Assembly: GCA_046583315.1 (NCBI GenBank)
Contig: JAYGCN010000306.1
Coordinates: 1-64,000 of the forward strand
Source: Candidatus Hydrogenedentota bacterium
GTDB lineage: Bacteria; Hydrogenedentota; Hydrogenedentia; Hydrogenedentales; GCA-2746185
Reading direction: 5' to 3'
DNA length: 64,000 nucleotides
The notes under the pieces were generated by a model. That model did not search any database and had not been told where the DNA came from. It saw only the letters and a list, made by a program, of their open reading frames with translations. A program made the position numbers and the translations under genes. The first letter of the stretch is position 1, and each line of letters opens with the position of its first letter. This document shows positions 30,601 through 40,793 of this stretch, piece by piece.

Positions 30601-30779
30601 ACACAAGCGAAACGGAAGCATTGCAAGAATTCCTGGACAAACAACGCGCCCGCATCGCCAACGGAGAACTCGACGCGGCGATACTCGTACCTGCTGGTGA
30701 CGACCTGTCCGAACGAGCCGCCTGGGCCTTGACCGCGCGCGTTATACTCAATCTTGATGAAACCATAACTCGACAATAA
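27675..30779 (+). CDS. PSD1 and planctomycete cytochrome c domain protein (PSCyt1 + DUF1549 + DUF1553)
   Basis: CIKCH, LDLTGLPPT, YGERWARHWLD, CAQCHDHKYDP, HPELLDWLA, SNTPLQAL. Confidence 0.88.
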   Translation: MTVIRIGLLSSLFVMPWFASAQDMPNFTNDIWPILTQHCIKCHGERNQEGDLRLDSPQAIREGGEYGAIVEAGDPGDSTLFELVTSTDDERMPSKGDPLAPESIEILRQWIESGANFDGWQPEFTAIANASILQDHWAFTAPKRPALPASVTNPIDHFVTIKAEYNGLKLSKQADKLTLIRRLALDLTGLPPTPEEVDRILALPENSWYSTYVDELLASPHYGERWARHWLDAAQYADSDGFEKDKPRAVSAWRDWVINAFNNDMPYNQFIVEQIAGDLLPNATQDNRVATGFLRNSMINEEGGIHPEQFRMEAMFNRMDLIGRAMLGLTVGCAQCHDHKYDPLSHTDYYRMMAFINNSHEAQITVYTSEESNTRDDVLAAIHSLEESVGTKSRRVRKRRRAWEKSLLTQPRPEWEILDLTFDDSSAGGQRSLPQEDGSYLAQGYAPTRFDPKMLAVPKIRRITAVRLELLPDHNLPRGGPGRSIYGTAALAEIELRHAPIEREIREWGSWDKTIFESAIANVNPEEKKLGPEWPNKGEDKRVTGPISMAIDRKGDTAWTTDNGAGRRNQARDAIFTLKHPLELADGERIAINLSQKHGGWNSDDNQNYNIGRFRLSVTSADELPSEITPDTLVEALSTPEKDRSDEQNALIHRHWLTATPQQNELNIKLDETWARHPLGATQLVMMEQDKPRVTHRLDRGDYLSPEEVVNPGTPEFLHALDASAPTNRLTFAQWLASPDSPTTARTIVNRVWQQYFGTGIVATPSDFGIQGERPTHPELLDWLAIEFMENDWSLKQLHKRITESRTYQQSSQLTPEALERDPGNRYLARATRIRVEGEVVRDIALASSGLLNPKIGGPSVHPPAPDYLFVPPASYGPKVWKASDDTEKYRRALYTFRFRSVPYPVLQIFDTPAGNAPCTLRDRSNTPLQALATLNEPLFNECAAALGVRAIMHGGNTDASRIDYAFSSAVTRSPNTSETEALQEFLDKQRARIANGELDAAILVPAGDDLSERAAWALTARVILNLDETITRQ

Positions 30780-30785
30780 CAATAA

Positions 30786-32216
30786 GTGAAGACAACCATG
30801 AATTCAGGCGAATCAATCGAAAGTCCTATCGCACGACGCTGGTTCCTACAACAATGTGGCATGGGATTGGGTGCCGTCGCACTAAACCACCTGCTCGCCC
30901 CGACGGCTTCCGCTCAAAATCTGAACCCGCTCGCACCCAAGCAGCCTCCCTTTGCACCCAAGGCCAAAAACATCATCTACCTCTTCATGGCCGGAGCACC
31001 CAGCCAACTCGAACTGCTCGATCACAAACCCGAACTCGCAAAATTCGACGGCACACTCCCCCCCGCCAGCCTCATCAAAGAATACCGCACTGGCTTCATC
31101 GACCCCAATTCAAAACTACTCGGTCCGAAGTTCAATTTCGCCCAGCACGGCCAATCCGGTGCCTGGGTCTCCGAACTCATGCCTCACTTCGCAAACATCG
31201 TCGACGACGTGACCATCGTCAACAGCATGGTCACCGACGCCTTCAACCACGCGCCCGCGCAAATTCTCATGAACACTGGCTCCCAGCAATTCGGCCGACC
31301 CAGCCTCGGCTCCTGGACCACCTACGGCCTCGGAACCGAAAACCAAGACCTGCCCGCATTCGTCGTATTCAGCTCCGGCTCCAAAGGCCCAAGCGGCGGC
31401 TCGGCAAATTGGTCCAGCGGATTCCTGCCCACCGAACACGAAGGCGTACTCTTCCGCAGCACCGGCGACCCGGTCATGTACCTCTCCAATCCGCCCGGCA
31501 TCGACGACATCGCACAACGCGACACGCTCGACACCCTCAGCATCCTGAACCAGCAACAAGCATCCCGCGTCGGTGACCCCCAAATCACTTCCCGCATCAA
31601 CGCTTTTGAACTCGCCCACCGCATGCAGACCAGCGCCCCCGAACTCATGGACATCAAAAACGAGCCCCAACACATCCTCGATGCCTACGGTGCCGAACCC
31701 GGCGGCTCATCCTTCGCAAACAATTGTTTACTCGCCCGACGCATGGTCGAAAGCGGCGTCCGATTCGTGCAGCTCTACCACGAATCCTGGGACCAACACG
31801 GCAATCTCAAAGGTGGCCTCAAGAATAATTGTAAAGACACCGACCAAGCCTGCGCCGCACTCGTCACCGATCTCAAACAACGTGGACTGCTCGACGATAC
31901 CCTCGTCATGTGGGGCGGCGAATTCGGGCGCACTCCCATGGTTCAGGGCGACACCAACGACGGTCGCGATCACCACCCCAACGCCTTCACCATGTGGATG
32001 GCCGGTGGCGGCTTCAAGCCCGGCATCACCTGGGGCCAAAGCGACGAACTCGGCTTCAACGCCGTCGAAAACCCCGTACACGTGCGCGATCTGCACGCCA
32101 CCATCCTCAATCAGCTCGGCTTCGACCACGAACGCTTCACCCACCGCTTCCAGGGCCTTGACGCACGCCTCACCGGCGTGGAAGAAGCCAATATCGTCCG
32201 CGAAATTATCGCATAA
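30786..32216 (+). CDS. DUF1501 family protein, Tat leader
   Basis: ARRWFLQ, YLFMAGAPSQL, WDQHG, WGGEFGRTP, GRDHHP, VRDLHAT. Confidence 0.9.
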   Translation: MKTTMNSGESIESPIARRWFLQQCGMGLGAVALNHLLAPTASAQNLNPLAPKQPPFAPKAKNIIYLFMAGAPSQLELLDHKPELAKFDGTLPPASLIKEYRTGFIDPNSKLLGPKFNFAQHGQSGAWVSELMPHFANIVDDVTIVNSMVTDAFNHAPAQILMNTGSQQFGRPSLGSWTTYGLGTENQDLPAFVVFSSGSKGPSGGSANWSSGFLPTEHEGVLFRSTGDPVMYLSNPPGIDDIAQRDTLDTLSILNQQQASRVGDPQITSRINAFELAHRMQTSAPELMDIKNEPQHILDAYGAEPGGSSFANNCLLARRMVESGVRFVQLYHESWDQHGNLKGGLKNNCKDTDQACAALVTDLKQRGLLDDTLVMWGGEFGRTPMVQGDTNDGRDHHPNAFTMWMAGGGFKPGITWGQSDELGFNAVENPVHVRDLHATILNQLGFDHERFTHRFQGLDARLTGVEEANIVREIIA

Positions 32217-32241
32217 TTCACCAAAATCACCGATCCAACCG

Positions 32242-32271
32242 TTGACCTGAACCCTCCTGCGCACGTACAAT
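32242..32271 (+). promoter_or_regulatory. Putative promoter TTGACC-N18-TACAAT for second PSD1-DUF1501 module
   Basis: Motifs at 32242-32247 and 32266-32271; AGGAG RBS before ATG 32310. Confidence 0.45.
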
Positions 32272-32309
32272 TATTAAGGAACCGCCGCGCCACTGTCTGC
32301 GGCAGGAGA

Positions 32310-35300
32310 ATGAAGATTTTGAGTACGACTACATCCACTTCATGGGCCATCCTGGCTCTCGCGTCAATCGTTGCCACCCCCATCTACGCCGCCGACCGAA
32401 CCATAGAGTTTAATCGCGACGTGCGCCCGATCATTTCGGACAAATGTTTCGCGTGCCACGGCCCCGACGCCAACAAACGCGAAGCCGAACTACGCCTCGA
32501 TGAAGAGTCCGGCATCTTCGGCACTTCCGAAATGGGCCAGCCCATCGTCGAGCCCGGCGATGCCGAAGAAAGCGAACTCTACTTCCGAATCACCGAAGCC
32601 GAGGGCAACGAAAAAATGCCGCCCGAAGACGAGGTTCGCCAACTCACACCGGAAGAAATCGACACGCTGAAACTCTGGATCGAGCAAGGCGCCGACTGGC
32701 AAGGCCACTGGTCCTTTATCCCACCCGAAAAACCGGCCATACCGACACTCCAGGACGATGCATGGACGAAAAACGAAATCGATCACTTCATCCTGGACAG
32801 ACTCAACCAAGAGGGCTTGTCCCCCACCGACGAAGCACCCCGTGGAACAATCATTCGACGCGTCTCCCTCGATTTGACCGGACTGCCCCCCACACCCGAG
32901 GAAATCGATGCCTTCATCAATGACAAAAATCCCGATGCCTACGAACGCCTCGTAGACCGACTGCTCGCCTCTCCCCATTACGGCGAACGACAGGCCTTCA
33001 TCTGGCTCGATGCCGCCCGCTACTCAGACACCAACGGCTACCAACGCGACACCAAACGCTATATGTGGCATTGGCGCGACTGGGTCATCAAAGCCTTCAA
33101 CGACAACATGCCCTTCGACCAGTTCACCATCGAACAACTCGCCGGCGACTTGCTCCCAAATCCGACGCTCTCCCAAAAAGTCGCGACCGGCTTCAACCGT
33201 AATCACCGCATCAACGGCGAAGGTGGCATAATTCCCGAAGAATACGCAGTCGAATACGTCGCTGATCGTGTTCAAACGACCGGCACAACGTGGATGGGGC
33301 TCACGCTTGAGTGTTCCAAGTGCCACGACCACAAATTTGATCCCTTCTCCCAAAAAGAATTCTACCAATTCTTTGCCTTCTTCAATAGCGTGCCCGAAGA
33401 AGGCAAAGGCCGCGAACGCGGCAACGACAAACCCTTCATCGCCGTACCCAGCGAACAAGATCAAGAAGAAATAGACCTCTTGGCCACCGAAATTTCCAAA
33501 CTCAAAAAAGTGCACTATGCGCCCAACAAAAAACTGGATAAGAAGCAGGCGAAATGGGAAAAAGAACTCGCCAGGAAATTCGCAACACAGAAATGGTCGC
33601 CCCTCCCCGAAACCCGACTCTCAGGAACCAACGGCGTAACCCTCACCCGACAAGACGACGATTCGATTCTGGTTTCCGGCGAAAATCCGGATGCCACATC
33701 CTACACCCTCACCTTCGAGGCAGACCGTGACCTGAAAGCCATCCAGCTTGAGGCCATTCTCGACGATGGACTCCCCTCCAAAGGACCCGGTCGCGCAGAA
33801 GACGGGACCGCCGTGCTCAGCGAAATCGAAGTCCACCGCACCCCCCAAGGCAGCGACGAGTCCGAATCCCTCACCCTAACCACCGCGCTCGCCGATTTCA
33901 CCCATCCGAAACTCGAATTCAGACCCACCCAGGCCATCGATGGAGACCAGACAACCGGCTGGTCCACAGGCTCCTACATAGACAGAGTCAATCGCGTTGC
34001 CGTCTTCACCCTCGCCGATGATACCCTCATCAAGAAAGGCGATTCCGTCTCCATCACGTTGCACCACACAACCGGCCTCAAACAATACGCCCTCGGCAAA
34101 TTCCGCATCACCCAATCCGACTCCAACGCCATCGCCGACTGGTCCAAACCCACCTTCAGCACTTGGAGCCACGTAGGTCCGCTTGCGGGAGACAGCAAAG
34201 CCACCGACCTACTCAAAGTCGCCTTGCAACCCGAAGACGGCTTCAATCCCGGCAAAACCTATGGCGACAACAATCTCAGATGGGAAGAACGCCCGGATTG
34301 GAAAGACGGCGAGTCCATCGCCTTTGAAACCGAACGCAATTCCGTACATTATCTACATCGCACGATTGACGTAGAGATACCAACCACCATCAACGTGTCG
34401 TTGGGTAGCGATGACGCCATCAAGGTCTGGCTGAACGGCGAAGTAAAACTCGAAAACAACGCCCGCCGCTCCCTGGCACCCAATCAGGATACCGTGGAGC
34501 TCAATCTCCCCCAAGGTCACCACGAACTCCTGATCAAGATCGCAAACTACTCCGGCGACAGCGGCTATTACTTCAAAGCTTCCAACGACAGCGGCGAAAA
34601 ACTGTTCCGCCTCATGGATCAAATCGCCAAACCTGCCGACGACCGAAGCGACGAAGTACAACGTGAATTGCAGGTCGCCTTCCGCTCCCAGGATGCCAAA
34701 TGGCTCGCACGCCAGCAAGCCATCACCGAAACGCGCGCCAATCAAAAACAGCTCGAAGGCAGTATCGTTTCCACCATGATCATGTCGGAGATGCGCAAGC
34801 CGCGCGACACGTATCTGCTCATTCGCGGACTCTACACCAATCCCGACACCTCCGAAAAACTCTACCCCGCGGTCCCCACATCCCTCGGCGCACTCACCGA
34901 CGACCAGCCGAAGAATCGTCTCGGTCTCGCGCAATGGCTCATGAACCCCGACCATCCCCTCACCGCGCGCGTCCGCGTCAACCATTATTGGCAGACCTAC
35001 TTCGGCCAGGGCATCGTCAAAACCAGCGAAGACTTCGGTACGCAAGGCACACCACCCTCCCATCCCGAACTACTCGACTGGCTCGCCACGCGATTCATCG
35101 AATCCGGCTGGGACGTCAATGCCATGCAGAAAACCATCGTCATGAGCGCCACCTACCGCCAGAAATCCAACGTCACCCCCGAAAAACTCGAACGCGATCC
35201 CGAGAATATCCTGCTCGCCCGCGCACCACGCTTCCGCCTATCCGCAGAAATGGTGCGCGACCAGGCGCTTGCGGTCAGCGGCCTTCTCAATTCCGAAATC

Positions 35301-35873
35301 GGCGGGCCTTCCGTCAATCCCTACCAGCCCGACAACATGTGGTCCGCACTCACCTTCCAGAACATGGACGAAAACTCGACGAACTTCTACACAGCCGATA
35401 CCGGCAATAAACTGTACCGTCGCGGACTCTACACCTACTGGAAACGCACCATCCTGCCGCCGCGCATGCAGATTTTCGATGCCGCCGACCGCGAACGCTG
35501 CTCCATGCGTACCGAACGTACCAACACCCCCATGCAGGCCCTCGTCCTGATGAACGACCCGACCTTTATTGAAGCGTCCCGTCATCTCGCGATGCGCATG
35601 CTCGAAGACGGTGGTCGCAAATCGGAAGACCGCGTTCGCTACGGCTACAAACGCGCACTCGCCTATGAACCCGATCCCGAACGCGCAGCCATTCTGAACA
35701 ATGCCCTCCAAGCCTATCAGGAACACTTCGTGCAGCACGCCGCTGATGCCGAAGCACTCATGTCCGTCGGCGATTCCGTTGTCGATACGACCCATTCCAC
35801 CACCGAGCTGGCCGCGTACACCATGCTCGCTTCCACGATATTAAACCTTGACGAAATGATCACACGAGAGTAA
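32310..35873 (+). CDS. PSD1 and planctomycete cytochrome c domain protein with additional PA14-like beta domain
   Basis: CFACHGPD, LDLTGLPPT, CSKCHDHKFDP, GSDDAIKVWLNG, HPELLDWLA, TNTPMQAL. Confidence 0.88.
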   Translation: MKILSTTTSTSWAILALASIVATPIYAADRTIEFNRDVRPIISDKCFACHGPDANKREAELRLDEESGIFGTSEMGQPIVEPGDAEESELYFRITEAEGNEKMPPEDEVRQLTPEEIDTLKLWIEQGADWQGHWSFIPPEKPAIPTLQDDAWTKNEIDHFILDRLNQEGLSPTDEAPRGTIIRRVSLDLTGLPPTPEEIDAFINDKNPDAYERLVDRLLASPHYGERQAFIWLDAARYSDTNGYQRDTKRYMWHWRDWVIKAFNDNMPFDQFTIEQLAGDLLPNPTLSQKVATGFNRNHRINGEGGIIPEEYAVEYVADRVQTTGTTWMGLTLECSKCHDHKFDPFSQKEFYQFFAFFNSVPEEGKGRERGNDKPFIAVPSEQDQEEIDLLATEISKLKKVHYAPNKKLDKKQAKWEKELARKFATQKWSPLPETRLSGTNGVTLTRQDDDSILVSGENPDATSYTLTFEADRDLKAIQLEAILDDGLPSKGPGRAEDGTAVLSEIEVHRTPQGSDESESLTLTTALADFTHPKLEFRPTQAIDGDQTTGWSTGSYIDRVNRVAVFTLADDTLIKKGDSVSITLHHTTGLKQYALGKFRITQSDSNAIADWSKPTFSTWSHVGPLAGDSKATDLLKVALQPEDGFNPGKTYGDNNLRWEERPDWKDGESIAFETERNSVHYLHRTIDVEIPTTINVSLGSDDAIKVWLNGEVKLENNARRSLAPNQDTVELNLPQGHHELLIKIANYSGDSGYYFKASNDSGEKLFRLMDQIAKPADDRSDEVQRELQVAFRSQDAKWLARQQAITETRANQKQLEGSIVSTMIMSEMRKPRDTYLLIRGLYTNPDTSEKLYPAVPTSLGALTDDQPKNRLGLAQWLMNPDHPLTARVRVNHYWQTYFGQGIVKTSEDFGTQGTPPSHPELLDWLATRFIESGWDVNAMQKTIVMSATYRQKSNVTPEKLERDPENILLARAPRFRLSAEMVRDQALAVSGLLNSEIGGPSVNPYQPDNMWSALTFQNMDENSTNFYTADTGNKLYRRGLYTYWKRTILPPRMQIFDAADRERCSMRTERTNTPMQALVLMNDPTFIEASRHLAMRMLEDGGRKSEDRVRYGYKRALAYEPDPERAAILNNALQAYQEHFVQHAADAEALMSVGDSVVDTTHSTTELAAYTMLASTILNLDEMITRE

Positions 35874-35877
35874 TCCC

Positions 35878-37329
35878 ATGGACCCCAGACTCGAAGAAAA
35901 ATTACACATCAATCGCCGACAATTTTTCGGGCGCGCTGCAACCGGTATCGGAGCCGCCGCGTTGACCTCGTTACTCAACCCCGACGCCTTCGGAAGCGAC
36001 CAAGACGATCCGCTGATGCCGCGACTGCCCCATTTCGCGCCCAAAGCCAAACGTGTCATCTACCTCTTCCAATCCGGCGCGCCATCCCAGCTAGACCTCT
36101 TCGACTACAAACCCGAAATGAAGAAGTTCTACGACACCGAATTGCCCGACTCCATTCGTCAGGGCCAACGCCTCACCGGCATGACCTCTGGACAAACCCG
36201 TTTCCCCATCGCGCCAACCATTTTTGATTTCAAACAGCACGGACAGAGCGGCGCGTGGGTCTCCGAACTCATGCCAAACATCGCAGCGCTCAGCGACGAA
36301 ATATGCTACATCAAATCCATGAACACCACCGCCATCAATCACGACCCGGCCATGACCTTTTTCCAAACCGGCTTCGAAATCGCCGGACGCCCCAGCATGG
36401 GCTCCTGGGTATCCTACGGCCTCGGCTCCGGCAACCGTGATCTGCCCGCATTTGTTGCGCTCAGTTCGCGCGGCACCGGTCGCCCCAGTTGCCAGCCCCT
36501 CTACGATCGCCTCTGGGGCAGCGGATTCCTGCCCACTGTCCATTCCGGCGTAAAATTCCGCGGTTCGGGCGATCCGGTACTCTATCTCACCGACCCTCCA
36601 GGCATATCATCCGAATTGAGACGCAAAATGATCGACAACGTCGCCGCACTCAACCAAAAAACCTATGCGGAGTATCTCGACCCCGAAATCGTCACGCGCA
36701 TCGAACAATACGAACTCGCCTATCGCATGCAGACCTCCGTACCCGAACTCACCGACCTCTCCGATGAACCGGAGAGCACCTTCGAAGCCTACGGGGAAAA
36801 CGCACGCACCCGCGGCACCTACGCGGCCAACTGTCTGCTGGCACGACGACTCGCCGAACGCGGCGTCAAGTTCATCCAACTCTTCCACATGGGCTGGGAT
36901 CAACACGGCGCATTGCCTGCTCAAATCAAGGGACAATGCAAGGACACCGACCAACCCTCCGCAGCCCTCATCAAAGACCTCAAACAACGCGGCATGCTCG
37001 ACGAAACCCTCGTCATTTGGGGCGGCGAATTCGGTCGCACCATCTACAGTCAGGGCGCGCTCACCGAAACCGACTACGGGCGCGATCATCACCCCAAAAA
37101 TTTCACCATCTTCATGGCCGGCGGCGGCATCAAACCCGGCATGACCTACGGCGAAACCGACGACTTCTCCTACAACATCGTCAAAGACCCCTTCCACGTG
37201 CACGACCTGCAAGCCACCATCCTCAACCAGCTCGGCATGGACCACGAACGCCTCACCTACCGATACCAAGGTCGCGACTTCCGCCTAACCGACGTCCACG
37301 GCGAAGTAAAACACGAAATCCTCGCGTAA
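35878..37329 (+). CDS. DUF1501 family protein, Tat leader
   Basis: NRRQFFG, YLFQSGAPSQLD, WDQHG, WGGEFGRT, GRDHHP. Confidence 0.9.
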   Translation: MDPRLEEKLHINRRQFFGRAATGIGAAALTSLLNPDAFGSDQDDPLMPRLPHFAPKAKRVIYLFQSGAPSQLDLFDYKPEMKKFYDTELPDSIRQGQRLTGMTSGQTRFPIAPTIFDFKQHGQSGAWVSELMPNIAALSDEICYIKSMNTTAINHDPAMTFFQTGFEIAGRPSMGSWVSYGLGSGNRDLPAFVALSSRGTGRPSCQPLYDRLWGSGFLPTVHSGVKFRGSGDPVLYLTDPPGISSELRRKMIDNVAALNQKTYAEYLDPEIVTRIEQYELAYRMQTSVPELTDLSDEPESTFEAYGENARTRGTYAANCLLARRLAERGVKFIQLFHMGWDQHGALPAQIKGQCKDTDQPSAALIKDLKQRGMLDETLVIWGGEFGRTIYSQGALTETDYGRDHHPKNFTIFMAGGGIKPGMTYGETDDFSYNIVKDPFHVHDLQATILNQLGMDHERLTYRYQGRDFRLTDVHGEVKHEILA

Positions 37330-37346
37330 GTTTTATTGCGAAGGTT

Positions 37347-40300
37347 CTAATTATTGAAGGTCGCGGTCACGGTCGTTTCGGACGACTCGACCAGTTGAAC
37401 ATCGAGGTCACCTTTCACGATGTCGCGGTTGACGATGACAGTGCATTGCGTGGCACCGGATGCGAGGTCGAGCAATACCGAGCCGTCGTCGCCGATGTTG
37501 ACTTCCTGTTCGCCTTGATAGAGTTGTACGCCTTCGACGGGCGCGATGGTCAACGCGGCTTTCCCGTCGGACGGCGCATTCACGGAAAACTTCAGGAAAC
37601 TGTATCGCGTCGGCCAATAACGATGTTTTAGGCCGGGCACTTCGCTCATCGGAATCTCGCCGGTAATGTAACTGTATTCAGGAACCCAGACCATCGTCTC
37701 GTGCTCGCCCACGGCCGCCTCCACTTGCGCTTCGTAGAGATAGTCTCGGGCTGCTTCCGAGTTTTCAAGCACGCGCCACGTGCGCACATGACGTCCCGTG
37801 CCCGCCGAGAACTCCGGCGTACGACCCAGCTCGGACAAAAATCGAACGAGATCCACAAACTCGTCTTCCAAAAGTGAATCACCCAAACCCGTTGGCATCA
37901 ATGACCCGCCATCTTCGCGCATTGCGATGTTGGCAATCGGAATACGAATCTCCGACTCCAACGCATTGCGCAGAATCAGTTCGGTATTGGTTTCGGTCAC
38001 CTTAATGCCGCTGATGAAGTCGCCATCTTTCATATCCACCAGCAACGAATGATAACCTTCCTTAATCGCCTTGTCGGGATAATAATTCGACTCGATCAGG
38101 TAATCGATCTGCGCGCTCGCGCCGATACTCGTCATCTCCGGACCCAAGGTTCCGCCGGCTCCGGCCAGCGCATGACACTGATAGCAGTCCAGCTTGCGGA
38201 AATGTTTGCGACCGCGTCTGGCGTTACCCTTCGTCTGCACTTTCTCCACCAACGCGGCCATTTCCTTCTTCGTCAACTCGGGCGCGCCATCATCCAGCGC
38301 ACCGGATGTCCGCAACGCCATTAACAACACATTCTGCTTACGTCCTGAAGCTGACACGACACGTTCGGCCCGTTTGGCGTTCTCAGCAGACATCGTCTTT
38401 CCCTTGAGCGCCGTCGCCAGTGCCTTCGCACCGCCATCCGCCTTTAGGAAGTCACGAACCAGGCTCGACGGATCCGGTGCAACATCCTCGGTAAACAAAT
38501 CGGCGGCATGTTCGCTCGCGTCGTCCACGGACACCTCCAGCATCGCGCGAATGGCTGCGGTCCGCGTTGCAGTATCATTGCGTCGCCCGGCATACTTCGC
38601 CAGGATTTCGACGGTATTCTCGTCACCGATGCCTGCCAATGCCGTCATCGCCGCATCACGAACCGATTCCGGCGTCTTCTTCGCGCCGAGGATTTTCTCC
38701 ACAGCAGGGCATAATTGGGTCAACTTCCATGCTCCGATGGCTTTGAGCGAGGCGATACGCATCGCATCCGAGCCGGAGTCCAGACCTTCGCCCAGCGCAT
38801 CAAAGTCACCCTTGACCCACACCGAACGACGTTTGCTTGCAGAAACGAGAGCATTCAACAGGGCGATACGATGCGACTCGACAGTTTTCTGTATCGAGAA
38901 GATCCGCTCGGCAGCCGTTCCCAGTTCGACCCGCGAACCGTGGGCTGCAATTCCGGCCAAGGCATCTCGTTGCTGCTTCGCGCTAAGATCGTCGCTGGCA
39001 AAAAGTGTCAACAACTGCGGCACGGCTTCATTGGAATCAATCGCCCGAAGCGCGTATATGTAGGCATCGTTATCTTCAGTGAAACGCAGATTACCTGCCT
39101 CTGCTTCCGGTAGCCACGCCTGCTTCATCTCGCGCACCGTGGTCCACAACGCATACTCAAGAAATTTATCCATGTCCGACTTGTAGGCACCCATCGCTTC
39201 ATCGAAGGCCTGCGCATCGCCAAGTCTGGCCAACGCCCGAACGGCCTCAAGGCGCACGCGCGAATGACCATCCGTCGCCAAATCGCTGAGACCGCCGCGA
39301 TAGTCATCGTCGCTAAGGTCAAGTTTGTCTTTCCATTCGGACAACACGCGAATACCCGCCGCGCGGGATCGATAATCGCTGGAGCGCGTCACATGAGCCA
39401 ACGGACGCAGACTGGCTTCGTCCAGCGTCTGGTAGATCCACAACAATTGCAGACGCAACAGTACGTTCTTATCTTTATCTTCCGGCAACGACTCAAGAAT
39501 GGCATTCAATTTCGCAAGTACTTCGTCCCGATTCCGAATTTTGAGTTCCCGTTTCGCGTGAATCTGATTCCATTCTTCGGGTGCCTGCACAATTTCGATC
39601 AGTTCATCAATCGAGGCCTTCTTGAAATCAGGCTGCACGAGCAACGGACGATCCTTGGCTTGCACACGCCAGATACGGCCGTGCTCATGGTCGCGACGCG
39701 GATCGCGGAAGTCGACTTCACCGTGCTGAATGATCGGGTTATACCAATCGGCCAAATAGATCGCGCCGTCCGGTCCCATTTTGACATCCACCGGACGAAA
39801 CGCGACATGACTCGATGTCAGAATTTCCGGTTGTTCGACCGAGCTGTAGCCGGCGGCCTCATCGGTGACCAAGAAGCGATTGACGCGATGTCCGCGGAAA
39901 TCGTTGGTGACCATCGTACCGCGCCAGTCTTCAGGAAGGTGGCGTCCGCTCAGGATTTCCAACGATGCATGCTTCGGCTGCCCGGGGTTGAGTCCCTGCA
40001 ACACGCGGGGCATATTATAAGCGGTCATGTAGGCAGCGCCGGGGAACATGTAGTTGATGCCATGTCCGCCCGCGCCGTCCGTGGCGAAATGCTGTCCCCA
40101 CTGGTCAAAATGATGTCCCCAGGCATTCACCAGGCCGAGTGCGAAAACTTCCAATTCCATTGTGTCAGGACGAAAGGCCCAGATACCGCCCGCGTTGAGT
40201 CGTCGCACGCCGTGGGGCGTTTCGATGTGACTGTGAATGTAGATCGACTGATTAAAATACATCAGGCCGTCGTAGCCCCAACGAAGCGTGTGAATAATGT

Positions 40301-40793
40301 GGTGCGTGTCCTCCGTCCCGAAGCCGGATAACACGACGCGGATTTCGTCTACGTGCAGATCGCCGTCGGTATCCTTCATGTGCAACAGTTCGGTACTGTT
40401 AGCGACGTAGACTCCGCCGTCGCCGGGCAGGATACCCGTCGGAATAAATAGACCGTCCGCGAAAATGGTCGACTTGTCCGCAACGCCATCGCCATCGGTA
40501 TCTTCCAGCACGGTAATCACGTCGTTTGCTTCTTGACCCGGAGCGATATGCGGATACACGGCGCTTCCGGCGACCCAAAGCCGACCTATCGAGTCGAAAT
40601 TCATGTGAATCGGGTTCGCGATCATGGGATCGGATGCGAAGAGGTTGACTTCGAAGCCGTCGGCCACTTCAAAGGCCCCGAGTTCTTTGGATACATCCGG
40701 TTTTGGAATGGTGATCATCGAATCCTGAGCGAAAGCGGAAAATGTGGCGGTCGCGACAAGTGCAAGCGTGTATTTAGTTATTGAATGATTCAT
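37347..40793 (-). CDS. PVC-type heme-binding CxxCH protein (dehydrogenase-like propeller, HEAT repeats, cytochrome c)
   Basis: LEDTDGDGVAD, GTEDTHH, FRPVD...ADWYN...HGE...HGRIWR, CYQCH, SLMPTGL. Confidence 0.85.
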   Translation of the reverse strand: MNHSITKYTLALVATATFSAFAQDSMITIPKPDVSKELGAFEVADGFEVNLFASDPMIANPIHMNFDSIGRLWVAGSAVYPHIAPGQEANDVITVLEDTDGDGVADKSTIFADGLFIPTGILPGDGGVYVANSTELLHMKDTDGDLHVDEIRVVLSGFGTEDTHHIIHTLRWGYDGLMYFNQSIYIHSHIETPHGVRRLNAGGIWAFRPDTMELEVFALGLVNAWGHHFDQWGQHFATDGAGGHGINYMFPGAAYMTAYNMPRVLQGLNPGQPKHASLEILSGRHLPEDWRGTMVTNDFRGHRVNRFLVTDEAAGYSSVEQPEILTSSHVAFRPVDVKMGPDGAIYLADWYNPIIQHGEVDFRDPRRDHEHGRIWRVQAKDRPLLVQPDFKKASIDELIEIVQAPEEWNQIHAKRELKIRNRDEVLAKLNAILESLPEDKDKNVLLRLQLLWIYQTLDEASLRPLAHVTRSSDYRSRAAGIRVLSEWKDKLDLSDDDYRGGLSDLATDGHSRVRLEAVRALARLGDAQAFDEAMGAYKSDMDKFLEYALWTTVREMKQAWLPEAEAGNLRFTEDNDAYIYALRAIDSNEAVPQLLTLFASDDLSAKQQRDALAGIAAHGSRVELGTAAERIFSIQKTVESHRIALLNALVSASKRRSVWVKGDFDALGEGLDSGSDAMRIASLKAIGAWKLTQLCPAVEKILGAKKTPESVRDAAMTALAGIGDENTVEILAKYAGRRNDTATRTAAIRAMLEVSVDDASEHAADLFTEDVAPDPSSLVRDFLKADGGAKALATALKGKTMSAENAKRAERVVSASGRKQNVLLMALRTSGALDDGAPELTKKEMAALVEKVQTKGNARRGRKHFRKLDCYQCHALAGAGGTLGPEMTSIGASAQIDYLIESNYYPDKAIKEGYHSLLVDMKDGDFISGIKVTETNTELILRNALESEIRIPIANIAMREDGGSLMPTGLGDSLLEDEFVDLVRFLSELGRTPEFSAGTGRHVRTWRVLENSEAARDYLYEAQVEAAVGEHETMVWVPEYSYITGEIPMSEVPGLKHRYWPTRYSFLKFSVNAPSDGKAALTIAPVEGVQLYQGEQEVNIGDDGSVLLDLASGATQCTVIVNRDIVKGDLDVQLVESSETTVTATFNN

